Assembly: GCF_029227855.1 (NCBI RefSeq)
Contig: NZ_CP074356.1
Source: Escherichia coli
GTDB lineage: Bacteria; Pseudomonadota; Gammaproteobacteria; Enterobacterales; Enterobacteriaceae
Length of the DNA: 64,000 nucleotides
Strand: one strand, 5' to 3'
Part shown: one piece after another, positions 22,459 through 34,645 of the stretch
How the letters are laid out: each line of letters starts with the position of its first letter
Numbering within the stretch: position 1 is the first letter of the stretch
Notes under the pieces: model-generated
Databases searched by the model: none
Seen by the model: only the letters and a program-made list of their open reading frames with translations
Told to the model about the DNA's origin: nothing
Made by a program: the position numbers and the translations under genes

Positions 22459-23166
22459 TTAGCTCTTTCGCGCCTGGCAAGCGCGTTGCACATACGGGTT
22501 ATGATTGCCCTGCACCTTCGCGATGCGTTCATCGCGCTCGCACTCCCAGTCGGTAACCGGATACATCTTGTTCCATGCGTTGAACAGCTGCGTTTGCTGG
22601 CGAGAGAGTGTCAGGTTGTATTGGTCGCGCATATAGAAGTAGGTGCGCGCAATGGCACCGCGTGCACGCGCTGGTGGTTCGGCAGCTTTTTCTTTGAAAT
22701 CGACCTTCATGGCGCATTGACCGTACTGGCCTTCGCCGCCATTCCACTGGCTGTACATAAAGTTGCCGCGATCGCCATTCACCTCGCCGACTGACGGTTG
22801 CAGGTTATGCATATCGCTTTCCATCTTGCGATAGACCGGATCTTTAGCACAGTTTTTACGTCCACCGTCCTGCCAGCACTGGCGCTGGTGACCGAATTGC
22901 CAGGCGGGAACGACGTGTTCCCACTCTACGCGGCTGGCGCGGTTTTCATTTTTGCGCACCTGATAGCTGCACGATTGCAGATCGACAACGCCTTTTTTGC
23001 CCTGCCAGTTAATTTTACATCCGCAATAAAACGTACCGGGCGCGTCAGCGTGGACTTTTACCGCCGCGGCTTTCGCCTGAGAAAAACTATTGATACCTTC
23101 GGCCAACGCCGGGCCGGAAAATGCTGCGCTCAGTACCACCGCAGCAATAGACAAATAACGGTACAT
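22459..23166 (-). CDS. endA: Periplasmic endonuclease I (235 aa)
   Basis: [50 protein letters not shown]... Confidence 0.92.
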   Translation of the reverse strand: MYRYLSIAAVVLSAAFSGPALAEGINSFSQAKAAAVKVHADAPGTFYCGCKINWQGKKGVVDLQSCSYQVRKNENRASRVEWEHVVPAWQFGHQRQCWQDGGRKNCAKDPVYRKMESDMHNLQPSVGEVNGDRGNFMYSQWNGGEGQYGQCAMKVDFKEKAAEPPARARGAIARTYFYMRDQYNLTLSRQQTQLFNAWNKMYPVTDWECERDERIAKVQGNHNPYVQRACQARKS

Positions 23167-23260
23167 CACTTACTCCGTGTTAAAACGAGCCAGCAACGTA
23201 GCGAAAGTTGTTTTGGTATGCAATCAGCCAGATCAGGAAAGTTCCTGATAGTTCAGATGG

Positions 23261-23758
23261 TTATTTTGCGACCAGTTGTTCGCCGCAGTGAACACAGCGA
23301 TAGACGGCTTCGCCACGAACTACGCGATTATGGCGGCGTACGGTAAGCTGATGCTCCTGGCACTTGCAGCGGTAGGGGAAGGTGTTGCGACGCACGGATT
23401 GCAGTTCAAATTGATGCGTACGACGGGCGGGAACGCCCAGCACGCTTTCCATCATCCACTTCCACTCTTTGCCATGTGGCGCTACGCGGCCGAAATGTTT
23501 CCATACCAGCAAATGTGCCAGTTCGTGCGGCACCACTTCTTCAATAAAGGCTTCACTGTTTTCCAACAGCAAAACGGGATTGAGGCGAATTTCATAGCTT
23601 TCCAGCCAGGCTGTTCCGGCGGAGGTTCCGCGCTGGGTATAAGAGAGTTTTGGCTCCGGGTAGTTACGCCCTAGCTTCAGGTTGGCCTGGGCGAGTTTTT
23701 CCCGCAGGCGACGCATAACGGCCTGTTGGATGGCGATAGGGAGACGGGATGTTTTCAT
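23261..23758 (-). CDS. sprT: SprT family zinc-metalloprotease-like protein (165 aa)
   Basis: [45 protein letters not shown]... HELAH motif. Confidence 0.9.
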   Translation of the reverse strand: MKTSRLPIAIQQAVMRRLREKLAQANLKLGRNYPEPKLSYTQRGTSAGTAWLESYEIRLNPVLLLENSEAFIEEVVPHELAHLLVWKHFGRVAPHGKEWKWMMESVLGVPARRTHQFELQSVRRNTFPYRCKCQEHQLTVRRHNRVVRGEAVYRCVHCGEQLVAK

Positions 23759-23834
23759 AGCGGCAGAGGATAGAGCGAAGAAAAGATGACTGCAAGAGGC
23801 GGCTTCCTCCGCGACGGGAGGAAGCCTGAGGAGA

Positions 23835-25229
23835 TTAATCGTGAGCGCCGATTTCGCGCAGTTTACGACCTTTCATCAGATTACGTTCAATATGTTCCAG
23901 CGAAACGTGTTTGGTTTCCGGTACCAGCCACAATGTCAGCAGGATAAACAGTACGTTCAGAGCCGCATACACCCAGAAGGTGTTGGCGTTACCCAGCGTG
24001 TTGAGCATGGTCAGGAACGTTGCGCCAACGATCATATTGGCAATCCAGTTGGTGGCGGTGGAGCAGGTGATGCCAAAATCGCGGCCTTTCAGCGGCTGAA
24101 TTTCGGAGCACAGTACCCAAATCAGCGGACCGGCACTCATGGCAAAGCCAACAATAAACATCAGCAGCATGGCGATGGCGAAATACTGCGCCGACGGAGA
24201 GTGGATACCGATATGCATCATTGTACCGAGTACGCCCATGCCAGCAGCCATCACCAGGAAGCCCAGCGTTAGCGTTGGTTTACGTCCCCAGCGGTCAACA
24301 AGGCCGATTGCGATAAAGGTGGCAAGTACGTTGGTCAGGCCGACAATCACTGTCCCCCACATTTGCTCGGTAGTGTTGGTATAACCCGCCAGTTCGAAGA
24401 TTTTCGGCGCGTAATACATGATGACGTTCATCCCGGTGAATTGCTGCATTACCTGCAACAGTACGCCAAGGAACACCGCGCGGCGGAAGTTGCTGTTCTC
24501 TTTAAACAGCGCCCAGCCACTCTGTTTAACCTGCAAACTTTCACGGATTTCATCCAGTTCACGTTTCGCTTCCGCGCTGGTGTCACGCAGGCGTAGCAGC
24601 ACGCGTTCGGCATCAACAAAACGGCGTTTGGCGGCAAACCAACGAGGGCTGTCTGGCAGGAAGAAGACACCAATCAGCAGCAAAATTGCCGGGATGATAA
24701 TCACACCCAGCATCCAGCGCCATGCACCGGTGTAGCTGAAGGCGGTATCAGAAAGATAAGCACCGAGGATCCCGATAGTGATCATCAACTGATACATCGA
24801 GATCATACTGCCGCGAATTTTTTCCGGCGCAATTTCTGACAGGTACAGTGGTGCGGTATAAGAGGCCACACCCACCGCCAGCCCCAGCAGAACGCGGGAA
24901 AGAATCAGTACTTCAACGTTTGGCGCAGCCGCAGAGAACAGTGAACCGGCAACAAACAGGATTGCGCCGATCATCAGGCTCTTTTTGCGCCCGAGTTTAA
25001 AGGAGAGCCAGCCGCTGCCCACCGCACCGACTGCCGCACCGAACATCATGGAGCTTACGACCCATTCTTGCGTGTGCGAAGTAATCTGGAATTCATCTGC
25101 AATAAACGGCAGTGCGCCAGCAATTACACCGATATCCAGGCCAAAGAGTAATCCCGCCAGAGCGGCAAGGAAGCAGACGAAAAACGTCATTGCCTTGTTT
25201 GACCGCCCCTGTTTTTTAGCGTCAGGCAT
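23835..25229 (-). CDS. galP: Galactose:H+ symporter (MFS, 464 aa)
   Basis: ORF 23835..25241; protein from [38 protein letters not shown]; start trimmed. Confidence 0.93.
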   Translation of the reverse strand: MPDAKKQGRSNKAMTFFVCFLAALAGLLFGLDIGVIAGALPFIADEFQITSHTQEWVVSSMMFGAAVGAVGSGWLSFKLGRKKSLMIGAILFVAGSLFSAAAPNVEVLILSRVLLGLAVGVASYTAPLYLSEIAPEKIRGSMISMYQLMITIGILGAYLSDTAFSYTGAWRWMLGVIIIPAILLLIGVFFLPDSPRWFAAKRRFVDAERVLLRLRDTSAEAKRELDEIRESLQVKQSGWALFKENSNFRRAVFLGVLLQVMQQFTGMNVIMYYAPKIFELAGYTNTTEQMWGTVIVGLTNVLATFIAIGLVDRWGRKPTLTLGFLVMAAGMGVLGTMMHIGIHSPSAQYFAIAMLLMFIVGFAMSAGPLIWVLCSEIQPLKGRDFGITCSTATNWIANMIVGATFLTMLNTLGNANTFWVYAALNVLFILLTLWLVPETKHVSLEHIERNLMKGRKLREIGAHD

Positions 25230-25311
25230 GATGCCCTCCAATATGGTTATTTTTTATTGTGAATTAAGATAGGTGAGTACGACGTAAAAAGATGTGAAGC
25301 AAATCACATCA

Positions 25312-25327
25312 GTGTAATCGCTTACAC
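25312..25327. promoter_or_regulatory. Candidate GalR/GalS operator upstream of galP
   Basis: GTGTAATCGCTTACAC fits the gal operator pattern GTGnAAnCGnTTnCAC, about 85-100 bp upstream of the galP start in an AT-rich promoter region. Confidence 0.5.
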
Positions 25328-25616
25328 TAACATTTATCTTGGTTATGATTTAAGTGCATGAAAATAATTGAGTTATATCATCATAGATTAAACGCTGTGA
25401 TCTGCAATTAAGACTTTACTGAAAAGAAATGTAACAACTATGAAATCCGAATAATAATATGAAAATATTACAAATATTTGGCTGGTGTGGTTGGTGTAAT
25501 CGGTTTCAGTCTTGATGATAATTTGCGGTAAAACGTGTTGAGGAAGAATGATGTTATTGTGCGGGCGGTTTTTTGCCGGATGCGGCGTGAATGTCTATCC
25601 ACCGCGGTGAGGTAAA

Positions 25617-25645
25617 AGAAAAAGGCCAGCGCGAGGCTGGCCTTT
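25617..25645 (-). terminator. Rho-independent terminator of metK
   Basis: On the minus strand: ggccagcctcgcgctggcc followed by ttttt, just downstream of the metK stop. Confidence 0.7.
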
Positions 25646-25664
25646 GAAAGCAGGTGAAGAAAGA

Positions 25665-26819
25665 TTACTTCAGACCGGCAGCATCGTGCAGCAGCTGCGC
25701 TTTGTCGGTTTTTTCCCACGGGAAATGTTCGCGACCAAAGTGACCGTATGCTGCGGTTTCTTTGTAGATCGGGTGCAGCAGATCCAGCATCTGAATCAGA
25801 CCGTATGGACGCAGGTCAAAGAACTCACGTACCAGCAGAGTCAGTTGTTCAGAAGGCACTTTCTCGGTACCGAAAGTTTCCACCATGATAGAGGTCGGTT
25901 CAGCCACGCCGATTGCGTAGGAAACCTGAATTTCACAACGATCGGCCAGGCCAGCAGCAACGATGTTTTTCGCGACATAACGTGCTGCGTAGGCTGCGGA
26001 ACGGTCCACTTTTGATGGATCTTTACCAGAGAATGCACCACCACCGTGACGTGCCATGCCGCCGTAGGTATCAACGATAATTTTACGACCAGTCAGACCG
26101 CAGTCACCCATCGGGCCACCGATAACAAAACGACCGGTCGGGTTGATGAAGAATTTGGTGGCAGAAGTCAGCCATTCAGCCGGCAGAATTGGCTTGATGA
26201 TCTCTTCCATTACCGCTTCTTGCAGCGATTTCTGGTCGATCTCTTCAGAGTGCTGAGTGGAAAGCACGACAGCATCAATACCAACGATTTTGTCGTCGTC
26301 ATACTGGAAAGTCACCTGGCTTTTCGCGTCCGGGCGCAGCCACGGCAGAGTGCCGTTTTTACGCACTTCAGCCTGACGCTGTACCAGACGGTGTGCATAG
26401 GTGATAGGTGCTGGCATCAGCACGTCGGTTTCATTGGTTGCGTAGCCAAACATCAGACCCTGGTCACCCGCGCCCTGTTCCAGCGGATCGGCACGGTCAA
26501 CGCCCTGGTTGATGTCAGGAGACTGTTTGCCGATAGCGCTCAGAACCGCACAGGAGTTAGCGTCAAAGCCCATGTCGGAATGCACATAGCCAATTTCGCG
26601 AACGGTGTTACGGGTGATCTCTTCGATGTCTACCCAGGCGCTGGTGGTGATTTCGCCGCCAACTAAAACCATGCCGGTTTTTACGTAGGTTTCGCAAGCA
26701 ACGCGTGCTTTCGGATCCTGTTCGAGGATCGCGTCTAAAACGGCATCAGAAATTTGGTCAGCAATTTTGTCAGGATGCCCTTCAGAGACGGACTCGGACG
26801 TAAAAAGGTGTTTTGCCAT
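25665..26819 (-). CDS. metK: S-adenosylmethionine synthetase (384 aa)
   Basis: ORF 25665..26831; protein from [43 protein letters not shown]; start trimmed. Confidence 0.95.
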   Translation of the reverse strand: MAKHLFTSESVSEGHPDKIADQISDAVLDAILEQDPKARVACETYVKTGMVLVGGEITTSAWVDIEEITRNTVREIGYVHSDMGFDANSCAVLSAIGKQSPDINQGVDRADPLEQGAGDQGLMFGYATNETDVLMPAPITYAHRLVQRQAEVRKNGTLPWLRPDAKSQVTFQYDDDKIVGIDAVVLSTQHSEEIDQKSLQEAVMEEIIKPILPAEWLTSATKFFINPTGRFVIGGPMGDCGLTGRKIIVDTYGGMARHGGGAFSGKDPSKVDRSAAYAARYVAKNIVAAGLADRCEIQVSYAIGVAEPTSIMVETFGTEKVPSEQLTLLVREFFDLRPYGLIQMLDLLHPIYKETAAYGHFGREHFPWEKTDKAQLLHDAAGLK

Positions 26820-27122
26820 ATTTAATATCACCTAAAGAGAATTTGGTTAGCTCAAACTGTTGTGTGGATTTTCTGTGGTAGCGGATCCTACCACGACTCT
26901 GCAGGTTAAAAACACTGGCAGTCTGAGTGTTAATCGGTATGGATGGATTAACATCTGGATGGCTATTTTAGGTCAATTCTTCACCCGATTTCCACTTTTT
27001 TTTGAATCGTGTCTCATTCTGTTAAAAACGTGGCTGGAAATTTTTCCTGACAATGCTGGCATTCTGCGTATTTATCTTTTGCAATTTTCTGCCATTGTGG
27101 GGTATAAAACGCGGCGCGCGGC

Positions 27123-27338
27123 TTAAATAAAAAGCACACGACGTTTCTTTCGTGTTGCCACTTCCAGCCGGGTTGAAATCAGAGTTTTGGCTTGTGGGTT
27201 CGTCTTAACAGGCGGCCGTGGAGGTGATACGAAATAATGAACCGTTGTCTGCTGCTTAACCTGTCTCACCGTTCTGGTGAAGATTCGTTCCCCGCACTCT
27301 GCATCTCTGCTTTGCATACCTGCCGATGTTATACCCAT
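27123..27338 (-). CDS. Small ORF (71 aa), candidate YqgC-like protein in the metK-speA intergenic region
   Basis: 71-aa [29 protein letters not shown]...; length and position match what I recall of K-12 yqgC, but I cannot verify the sequence from memory. Confidence 0.35.
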
Positions 27339-27473
27339 CTCGGCGCTTCTCAGGATTCAAGAGCTGGTTACAGTTACTGAGGACTGAACAAGGGCGCTCT
27401 TGTAAAAACAAGAGTTTTCTCGTGGTTTCGCCGAACTGTCACACTTACGTTCGGTTATGTGCTTAATAATGTT

Positions 27474-27605
27474 ATGAAAAAGAAACCGGTTGCGCAGTTG
27501 GAGCGTCAGCATTCACTGCTGGAAAATCCATGTGCTTATGGGTTGTTATCGCAGTTCCAGGCTGCGATAGTCGTTAACTGTTTTACACTTAATAAAATAA
27601 TTTGA
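27474..27605 (+). CDS. yqgB: Small protein YqgB (43 aa), immediately upstream of speA
   Basis: Hand-translated: [43 protein letters not shown]; below the ORF-track length cut-off; stop lies 8 nt before the speA ATG. Confidence 0.8.
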
Positions 27606-27613
27606 GGTTCGCT

Positions 27614-29590
27614 ATGTCTGACGACATGTCTATGGGTTTGCCTTCGTCAGCGGGCGAACACGGTGTACTACGCTCCATGCAGGAGGTTGCAATGAGCTCC
27701 CAGGAAGCCAGCAAGATGCTGCGTACTTACAATATTGCCTGGTGGGGCAATAACTACTATGACGTTAACGAGCTGGGCCACATTAGCGTGTGCCCGGACC
27801 CGGACGTCCCGGAAGCTCGCGTCGATCTCGCGCAGTTAGTGAAAACTCGTGAAGCACAGGGCCAGCGTCTGCCTGCACTGTTCTGTTTCCCACAGATCCT
27901 GCAGCACCGTTTGCGTTCTATTAACGCCGCGTTCAAACGTGCGCGGGAATCCTACGGCTATAACGGCGATTACTTCCTCGTTTATCCGATCAAAGTTAAC
28001 CAGCACCGCCGCGTGATTGAGTCCCTGATTCATTCGGGCGAACCGCTGGGCCTGGAAGCCGGTTCCAAAGCGGAGTTGATGGCGGTGCTGGCACATGCTG
28101 GCATGACCCGTAGCGTCATCGTCTGCAACGGTTATAAGGACCGCGAATATATCCGCCTGGCATTAATTGGCGAGAAGATGGGCCACAAGGTCTATCTGGT
28201 CATTGAGAAGATGTCAGAAATTGCCATTGTGCTGGATGAAGCAGAACGTCTGAATGTCGTTCCTCGTCTGGGCGTGCGTGCACGTCTGGCTTCGCAGGGC
28301 TCGGGTAAATGGCAGTCCTCCGGCGGGGAAAAATCGAAGTTCGGCCTGGCGGCGACTCAGGTACTGCAACTGGTTGAAACCCTGCGTGAAGCCGGGCGTC
28401 TCGACAGCCTGCAACTACTGCACTTCCACCTCGGTTCGCAGATGGCGAATATTCGCGATATCGCGACAGGCGTTCGTGAATCCGCGCGTTTCTATGTTGA
28501 GCTGCACAAGCTGGGCGTCAATATTCAGTGCTTCGACGTCGGCGGCGGTCTGGGCGTGGACTATGAAGGCACCCGTTCGCAGTCCGACTGTTCGGTGAAC
28601 TACGGCCTCAATGAATACGCCAACAACATCATCTGGGCGATTGGTGATGCGTGTGAAGAAAATGGTCTGCCGCATCCGACGGTAATTACCGAATCGGGTC
28701 GTGCGGTGACTGCGCATCACACCGTGCTGGTGTCGAATATCATCGGCGTGGAACGTAACGAATACACGGTGCCGACCGCGCCTGCAGAAGACGCACCGCG
28801 CGCCCTGCAAAGCATGTGGGAAACCTGGCAGGAGATGCACGAACCGGGAACTCGCCGTTCTCTGCGTGAATGGTTACACGACAGCCAGATGGATCTGCAC
28901 GACATTCATATCGGCTACTCTTCCGGCACCTTTAGCCTGCAAGAACGTGCATGGGCAGAACAACTCTATCTGAGCATGTGCCATGAAGTGCAGAAGCAAC
29001 TGGATCCGCAAAACCGTGCGCATCGTCCGATTATCGACGAACTGCAGGAACGTATGGCGGACAAAATGTACGTCAACTTCTCGCTGTTCCAGTCAATGCC
29101 GGACGCATGGGGGATCGACCAGTTGTTCCCGGTTCTGCCGCTGGAAGGGTTGGATCAAGTGCCAGAGCGCCGCGCTGTGCTGCTGGATATTACCTGTGAT
29201 TCTGACGGTGCTATTGATCACTACATCGATGGTGATGGTATTGCCACGACAATGCCAATGCCGGAGTACGATCCAGAGAATCCGCCGATGCTCGGTTTCT
29301 TCATGGTCGGCGCATATCAGGAGATCCTTGGCAACATGCACAACCTGTTCGGTGATACCGAAGCGGTTGACGTGTTCGTCTTCCCTGACGGCAGCGTAGA
29401 AGTAGAACTGTCTGACGAAGGCGATACCGTGGCGGACATGCTGCAATATGTACAGCTCGATCCGAAAACGTTGTTAACCCAGTTCCGTGATCAAGTGAAG
29501 AAAACCGATCTTGATGCTGAACTGCAACAACAGTTCCTGGAAGAGTTCGAGGCAGGTTTGTACGGTTATACCTATCTTGAAGATGAATAA
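27614..29590 (+). CDS. speA: Biosynthetic arginine decarboxylase (658 aa)
   Basis: ORF 27602..29590; protein from [56 protein letters not shown]; start trimmed. Confidence 0.94.
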
Positions 29591-29606
29591 TTAAGATTAT
29601 TCCGCT

Positions 29607-29648
29607 GGCGGGTCGATTTATTTACGTAAATCGGCCCGCTTTCTTTTT
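29607..29648 (+). terminator. Rho-independent terminator after speA
   Basis: gcgggtcgattta-tttacg-taaatcggcccgc followed by tttcttttt. Confidence 0.65.
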
Positions 29649-29735
29649 ATATATTCTTAAAAATAATCTAGCTGCTTTTCTTATTAAATAATCTCCCTAC
29701 AATCGCTGCATTAATTAAATGCAGAGGGAACGGTT

Positions 29736-30467
29736 ATGAAAAAATGGAAAGTACGTAGCGCGTTGATAGCATTAGCCGTGCTGCTGGCCGGTTGTTCCAG
29801 TAATGCGCAGTATAATAGCAGTGCATCAGGCAATGTCGGCACCGCCTGGGGTGGGGATGTACACTCATCGGTTCAGGGCGTATCTGCTGAACGAGTCTGG
29901 CGCGATCCGGCAGAGATGATCGTTATTAGTTATTCGACTACTGTTCCTTCGGGCTACGACCGCGTTTATAGCATTCGTATTAACGAACTTGAATATGCTA
30001 TTCGCGATGGTAATTTTAATTCTCTACCTATTACGCGGGTTTATGATTCGTCAAATAATGAACCACGCTATATTGTCCATGCCAGAGTAGGAATGAATTA
30101 TCAATTATATGTCCGCAATTACAGTCGTAACACCAACTACGAGATCGTTGCTACGGTTGATGGCCTGGATGTGCTGAACGGCAAACAAGGTTCGCTGAAT
30201 AACAACGGCTATATTGTGAATGCCGGAGATTCGTTAGCGATTAAAGGATTCCGCAAAGATAAACATACCGAAGCGGCTTTTCAGTTCGCCAACGTTGCTG
30301 ATTCCTACGCAGCCAATTCGGCGCAAGGCGATGTGCGTAATACCGGGGTAATCGGCTTTGCCGCCTTTGAATTACAAGGCTCGGCGCAAAACGCGATGCC
30401 GCCGTGCTCTGGACAAGCCTTTCCGGCAGATAACAATGGCTATGCGCCGCCACCGTGTCGGAAATAG
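29736..30467 (+). CDS. Uncharacterised lipoprotein (243 aa), not recognised as a K-12 gene
   Basis: Signal peptide with lipobox MKKWKVRSALIALAVLLAG-C-SSNA; Ser/Asn/Tyr/Gly-rich mature part; good RBS (gaggga) 7 nt upstream; AT-rich codon usage; own upstream AT-rich promoter region and downstream terminator. Confidence 0.75.
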   Translation: MKKWKVRSALIALAVLLAGCSSNAQYNSSASGNVGTAWGGDVHSSVQGVSAERVWRDPAEMIVISYSTTVPSGYDRVYSIRINELEYAIRDGNFNSLPITRVYDSSNNEPRYIVHARVGMNYQLYVRNYSRNTNYEIVATVDGLDVLNGKQGSLNNNGYIVNAGDSLAIKGFRKDKHTEAAFQFANVADSYAANSAQGDVRNTGVIGFAAFELQGSAQNAMPPCSGQAFPADNNGYAPPPCRK

Positions 30468-30533
30468 CAACCTCGCTTGATGCCTCGTCCATTTAAGGCG
30501 ATAATTAGCACAAACTTGTGTTTCGCAAATCCA

Positions 30534-30575
30534 ACCCTTCCTCGTCGGGCCTAACGACGCGGAAGGGTTTTTTTA
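30534..30575 (+). terminator. Rho-independent terminator after the lipoprotein gene, upstream of speB
   Basis: cccttcctcgtcgggcctaacgacgcggaaggg followed by tttttttat. Confidence 0.7.
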
Positions 30576-30602
30576 TATCGACTTTGTAATAGGAGTCCAT
30601 CC

Positions 30603-31523
30603 ATGAGCACCTTAGGTCATCAATACGATAACTCACTGGTTTCCAACGCCTTTGGTTTTTTACGCCTGCCGATGAACTTCCAGCCATATGACAGCGATGC
30701 TGACTGGGTGATTACTGGCGTGCCGTTCGATATGGCCACTTCTGGTCGTGCGGGTGGACGCCACGGTCCGGCTGCTATCCGTCAGGTTTCGACGAATCTG
30801 GCCTGGGAACACAACCGCTTCCCGTGGAATTTCGACATGCGTGAGCGCCTGAACGTGGTGGACTGCGGCGATCTGGTATATGCCTTCGGCGATGCCCGTG
30901 AGATGAGCGAGAAGCTGCAGGCGCACGCCGAGAAGCTGCTGGCTGCCGGTAAGCGTATGCTCTCCTTCGGTGGTGACCACTTTGTTACGCTGCCGCTGCT
31001 GCGTGCTCATGCGAAGCATTTCGGCAAAATGGCGCTGGTACACTTTGACGCCCACACCGACACCTATGCGAACGGTTGTGAATTTGACCACGGCACCATG
31101 TTCTATACCGCGCCGAAAGAAGGTCTGATCGACCCGAATCATTCCGTGCAGATTGGTATTCGTACCGAGTTTGATAAAGACAACGGTTTTACCGTGCTGG
31201 ACGCCTGCCAGGTGAACGATCGCAGCGTGGATGACGTTATCGCTCAGGTGAAACAGATTGTAGGTGATATGCCGGTTTACCTGACTTTTGATATCGACTG
31301 TCTGGATCCTGCTTTTGCACCAGGCACCGGTACCCCGGTAATTGGCGGCCTGACCTCCGATCGCGCTATTAAACTGGTACGCGGCCTGAAAGATCTCAAC
31401 ATCGTTGGGATGGACGTAGTGGAAGTGGCTCCGGCATACGATCAGTCGGAAATCACCGCTCTGGCTGCGGCGACGCTGGCGCTGGAGATGCTGTATATTC
31501 AGGCGGCGAAAAAGGGCGAGTAA
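30603..31523 (+). CDS. speB: Agmatinase (306 aa)
   Basis: [56 protein letters not shown]... Confidence 0.94.
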   Translation: MSTLGHQYDNSLVSNAFGFLRLPMNFQPYDSDADWVITGVPFDMATSGRAGGRHGPAAIRQVSTNLAWEHNRFPWNFDMRERLNVVDCGDLVYAFGDAREMSEKLQAHAEKLLAAGKRMLSFGGDHFVTLPLLRAHAKHFGKMALVHFDAHTDTYANGCEFDHGTMFYTAPKEGLIDPNHSVQIGIRTEFDKDNGFTVLDACQVNDRSVDDVIAQVKQIVGDMPVYLTFDIDCLDPAFAPGTGTPVIGGLTSDRAIKLVRGLKDLNIVGMDVVEVAPAYDQSEITALAAATLALEMLYIQAAKKGE

Positions 31524-31570
31524 GCGCCGGATAAGATGCGTTATGCGTCAAATCCGGCGTAATAAAATGC

Positions 31571-32329
31571 TTACTTAACTCCATCCGCGCTCATACGATC
31601 GCGAATATGCTGGGCGCGTTCGGCGGATGCAGGATGGTCGTCAAACATTGAGCTTTGACGGCCTTCTTCCAGCTTCGCCAGTTTTTCAAAGCTGGTGGCA
31701 AGACCTGCCAGGCTGATGCCGCGTTGGCGCAGAAGATCGTAAGAATAATCATCGGCTTCTGCTTCCTGGCGCTGGGAGAATTGCGAATTAACTAATTTCT
31801 CGCCCAGATCACCGAGTTGTGATTGAGATAAACTGCCGACAATCCCGCCCGCAGAGTCCGCAGCTACTCGCACGGCATTTGTACCAAGTGCCACCTGCAT
31901 CCCTTTCTTCACATGGCCTAACGCCACGTGCCCCATCTCGTGACCGATCACCGCTTCGACTTCGTTATCCGTCATCATATCCATCAGCCCGCTATAGACG
32001 CGGATACAACCGTTAGCCATTGCAAAGGCGTTCACATCCTTCGCCATATACACTTTGTAATTCACCGGCTGACCGTTGATATTGTTGCCTAGCGCATTGG
32101 CAATAGTTGTCAGACGTTTAGCGTATTCGCTATTGGCTGGCGCAATCGTCGCCTTGCTGTCCATCTCCTGACATGCCTGATCGCTCAGGGTTTTCACCTG
32201 CGCATCACTCAAACTGTAAGCCTGAAAAGCTTCCGCTCCTGATGAGAGCAGTCCGTTGGAGTCCATATTCTGGCAACCGGTCAGTACCGTTGCCACGCTC
32301 ATTGCTACCAATAAGGCGCGAATTTTCAT
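31571..32329 (-). CDS. loiP: Metalloprotease LoiP (YggG, M48 family lipoprotein, 252 aa)
   Basis: ORF 31571..32548; protein from MKIRALLVAMSVATVLTGCQNMD with HEMGH zinc motif; start trimmed. Confidence 0.9.
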   Translation of the reverse strand: MKIRALLVAMSVATVLTGCQNMDSNGLLSSGAEAFQAYSLSDAQVKTLSDQACQEMDSKATIAPANSEYAKRLTTIANALGNNINGQPVNYKVYMAKDVNAFAMANGCIRVYSGLMDMMTDNEVEAVIGHEMGHVALGHVKKGMQVALGTNAVRVAADSAGGIVGSLSQSQLGDLGEKLVNSQFSQRQEAEADDYSYDLLRQRGISLAGLATSFEKLAKLEEGRQSSMFDDHPASAERAQHIRDRMSADGVK

Positions 32330-32606
32330 GTTTTCTCTTCCGCACAAGGTCAGGATTATTCTAAAAATGCGCCGTTTGCAGGTGAATCGACGCTTAGTCT
32401 CAGTATAAGGAAAAGCGCAGCGGACGGGCGAGTAGATTGCGCAACATGCGAGCATGATCCAGAGATTTCTGAAGCAGCAAAAGGATGTTCCATGTACATG
32501 ACGCGCGGCTTGCGGTAAATTGTTGGCAAATTTTCCGGCGTAGCCCAAAACGCGCTGTCGTCAAGTCGTTAAGGGCGTGCCCTTCATCATCCGATCTGGA
32601 GTCAAA

Positions 32607-34598
32607 ATGTCCTCACGTAAAGAGCTTGCCAATGCTATTCGTGCGCTGAGCATGGACGCAGTACAGAAAGCCAAATCCGGTCACCCGGGTGCCCCTATGG
32701 GTATGGCTGACATTGCCGAAGTCCTGTGGCGTGATTTCCTGAAACACAACCCGCAGAATCCGTCCTGGGCTGACCGTGACCGCTTCGTGCTGTCCAACGG
32801 CCACGGCTCCATGCTGATCTACAGCCTGCTGCACCTCACCGGTTACGATCTGCCGATGGAAGAACTGAAAAACTTCCGTCAACTGCATTCCAAAACGCCG
32901 GGCCACCCGGAAGTAGGTTATACCGCTGGTGTGGAAACCACTACTGGTCCGCTGGGTCAGGGTATTGCCAACGCAGTCGGTATGGCGATTGCAGAAAAAA
33001 CGCTGGCGGCGCAGTTTAACCGTCCGGGCCACGACATTGTCGACCACTACACCTACGCCTTCATGGGCGACGGCTGCATGATGGAAGGCATCTCTCACGA
33101 AGTTTGCTCTCTGGCGGGTACGCTGAAGTTGGGTAAACTGATTGCGTTCTACGATGACAACGGTATCTCTATCGATGGTCACGTTGAAGGCTGGTTCACC
33201 GACGACACCGCAATGCGTTTCGAAGCTTACGGCTGGCACGTTATTCGCGGCATCGACGGTCATGACGCGGCATCCATCAAACGCGCAGTAGAAGAAGCGC
33301 GCGCAGTGGCTGACAAACCGTCCCTGCTGATGTGCAAAACCATCATCGGTTTCGGTTCACCGAACAAAGCCGGTACGCACGACTCCCACGGTGCGCCGCT
33401 GGGCGACGCTGAAATCGCCCTGACCCGCGAACAGCTGGGCTGGAAATATGCACCGTTCGAAATCCCGTCTGAAATCTATGCTCAGTGGGATGCGAAAGAA
33501 GCAGGCCAGGCGAAAGAATCCGCATGGAACGAGAAATTCGCGGCTTACGCCAAAGCTTATCCGCAGGAAGCCGCTGAATTTACCCGCCGTATGAAAGGCG
33601 AAATGCCGTCTGACTTCGACGCCAAAGCGAAAGAGTTCATCGCTAAACTGCAGGCTAATCCGGCGAAAATCGCCAGCCGTAAAGCGTCTCAGAATGCTAT
33701 CGAAGCTTTCGGTCCGCTGTTGCCGGAATTCCTCGGCGGCTCTGCTGACCTGGCACCGTCTAACCTGACCCTGTGGTCTGGTTCTAAAGCAATCAACGAA
33801 GATGCTGCGGGTAACTACATCCACTACGGTGTTCGCGAGTTCGGTATGACCGCGATTGCTAACGGTATCTCCCTGCACGGTGGCTTCCTGCCGTACACCT
33901 CCACCTTCCTGATGTTCGTGGAATACGCACGTAACGCCGTACGTATGGCTGCGCTGATGAAACAGCGTCAGGTGATGGTTTACACCCACGACTCCATCGG
34001 TCTGGGCGAAGATGGCCCGACTCACCAGCCGGTTGAGCAGGTCGCTTCACTGCGCGTGACCCCGAACATGTCTACATGGCGTCCATGTGACCAGGTTGAA
34101 TCTGCAGTGGCATGGAAATACGGTGTTGAGCGTCAGGACGGCCCGACTGCGCTTATCCTCTCCCGTCAGAACCTGGCGCAGCAGGAACGTACTGAAGAGC
34201 AGCTGGCAAACATCGCGCGCGGTGGTTATGTGCTGAAAGACTGTGCCGGTCAGCCGGAACTGATCTTCATTGCCACCGGTTCTGAAGTTGAACTGGCGGT
34301 TGCTGCCTACGAAAAACTGACTGCCGAAGGCGTGAAAGCGCGCGTGGTTTCCATGCCGTCTACCGACGCATTCGACAAGCAGGATGCGGCTTACCGTGAG
34401 TCTGTACTGCCGAAAGCGGTTACTGCACGCGTTGCGGTGGAAGCTGGCATTGCTGACTACTGGTACAAGTATGTTGGCCTGAACGGTGCTATCGTCGGCA
34501 TGACCACCTTCGGTGAATCTGCTCCGGCAGAACTGCTGTTTGAAGAGTTCGGCTTCACCGTTGACAATGTTGTTGCGAAAGCCAAAGCGCTGCTGTAA
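32607..34598 (+). CDS. tktA: Transketolase 1 (663 aa)
   Basis: ORF 32577..34598; protein from [41 protein letters not shown]; start trimmed. Confidence 0.95.
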   Translation: MSSRKELANAIRALSMDAVQKAKSGHPGAPMGMADIAEVLWRDFLKHNPQNPSWADRDRFVLSNGHGSMLIYSLLHLTGYDLPMEELKNFRQLHSKTPGHPEVGYTAGVETTTGPLGQGIANAVGMAIAEKTLAAQFNRPGHDIVDHYTYAFMGDGCMMEGISHEVCSLAGTLKLGKLIAFYDDNGISIDGHVEGWFTDDTAMRFEAYGWHVIRGIDGHDAASIKRAVEEARAVADKPSLLMCKTIIGFGSPNKAGTHDSHGAPLGDAEIALTREQLGWKYAPFEIPSEIYAQWDAKEAGQAKESAWNEKFAAYAKAYPQEAAEFTRRMKGEMPSDFDAKAKEFIAKLQANPAKIASRKASQNAIEAFGPLLPEFLGGSADLAPSNLTLWSGSKAINEDAAGNYIHYGVREFGMTAIANGISLHGGFLPYTSTFLMFVEYARNAVRMAALMKQRQVMVYTHDSIGLGEDGPTHQPVEQVASLRVTPNMSTWRPCDQVESAVAWKYGVERQDGPTALILSRQNLAQQERTEEQLANIARGGYVLKDCAGQPELIFIATGSEVELAVAAYEKLTAEGVKARVVSMPSTDAFDKQDAAYRESVLPKAVTARVAVEAGIADYWYKYVGLNGAIVGMTTFGESAPAELLFEEFGFTVDNVVAKAKALL

Positions 34599-34618
34599 TC
34601 GGTAAGATGCTTTGTGAG

Positions 34619-34645
34619 AAGGGCCGCGAAAGCGGCCCTTTTTTT
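34619..34645. terminator. Rho-independent terminator after tktA, shared with the convergent SPFH gene
   Basis: gggccgc-gaaa-gcggccc followed by ttttttt; the SPFH gene stop overlaps the T-run. Confidence 0.7.

Noticed and set aside
26820-26960. Possible SAM riboswitch or MetJ met-boxes upstream of metK
   Set aside because: Enterobacterial metK is controlled by the MetJ repressor, not a SAM riboswitch. I could not find convincing tandem AGACGTCT met-boxes by eye, so no site is called.
26860-27126. 88-aa plus-strand ORF upstream of metK, considered as a yqgD candidate
   Set aside because: I cannot match it to the YqgD sequence from memory and it has no clear RBS; left unannotated.
33357-34025. 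222-aa minus-strand ORF inside tktA
   Set aside because: Antisense shadow ORF within transketolase.
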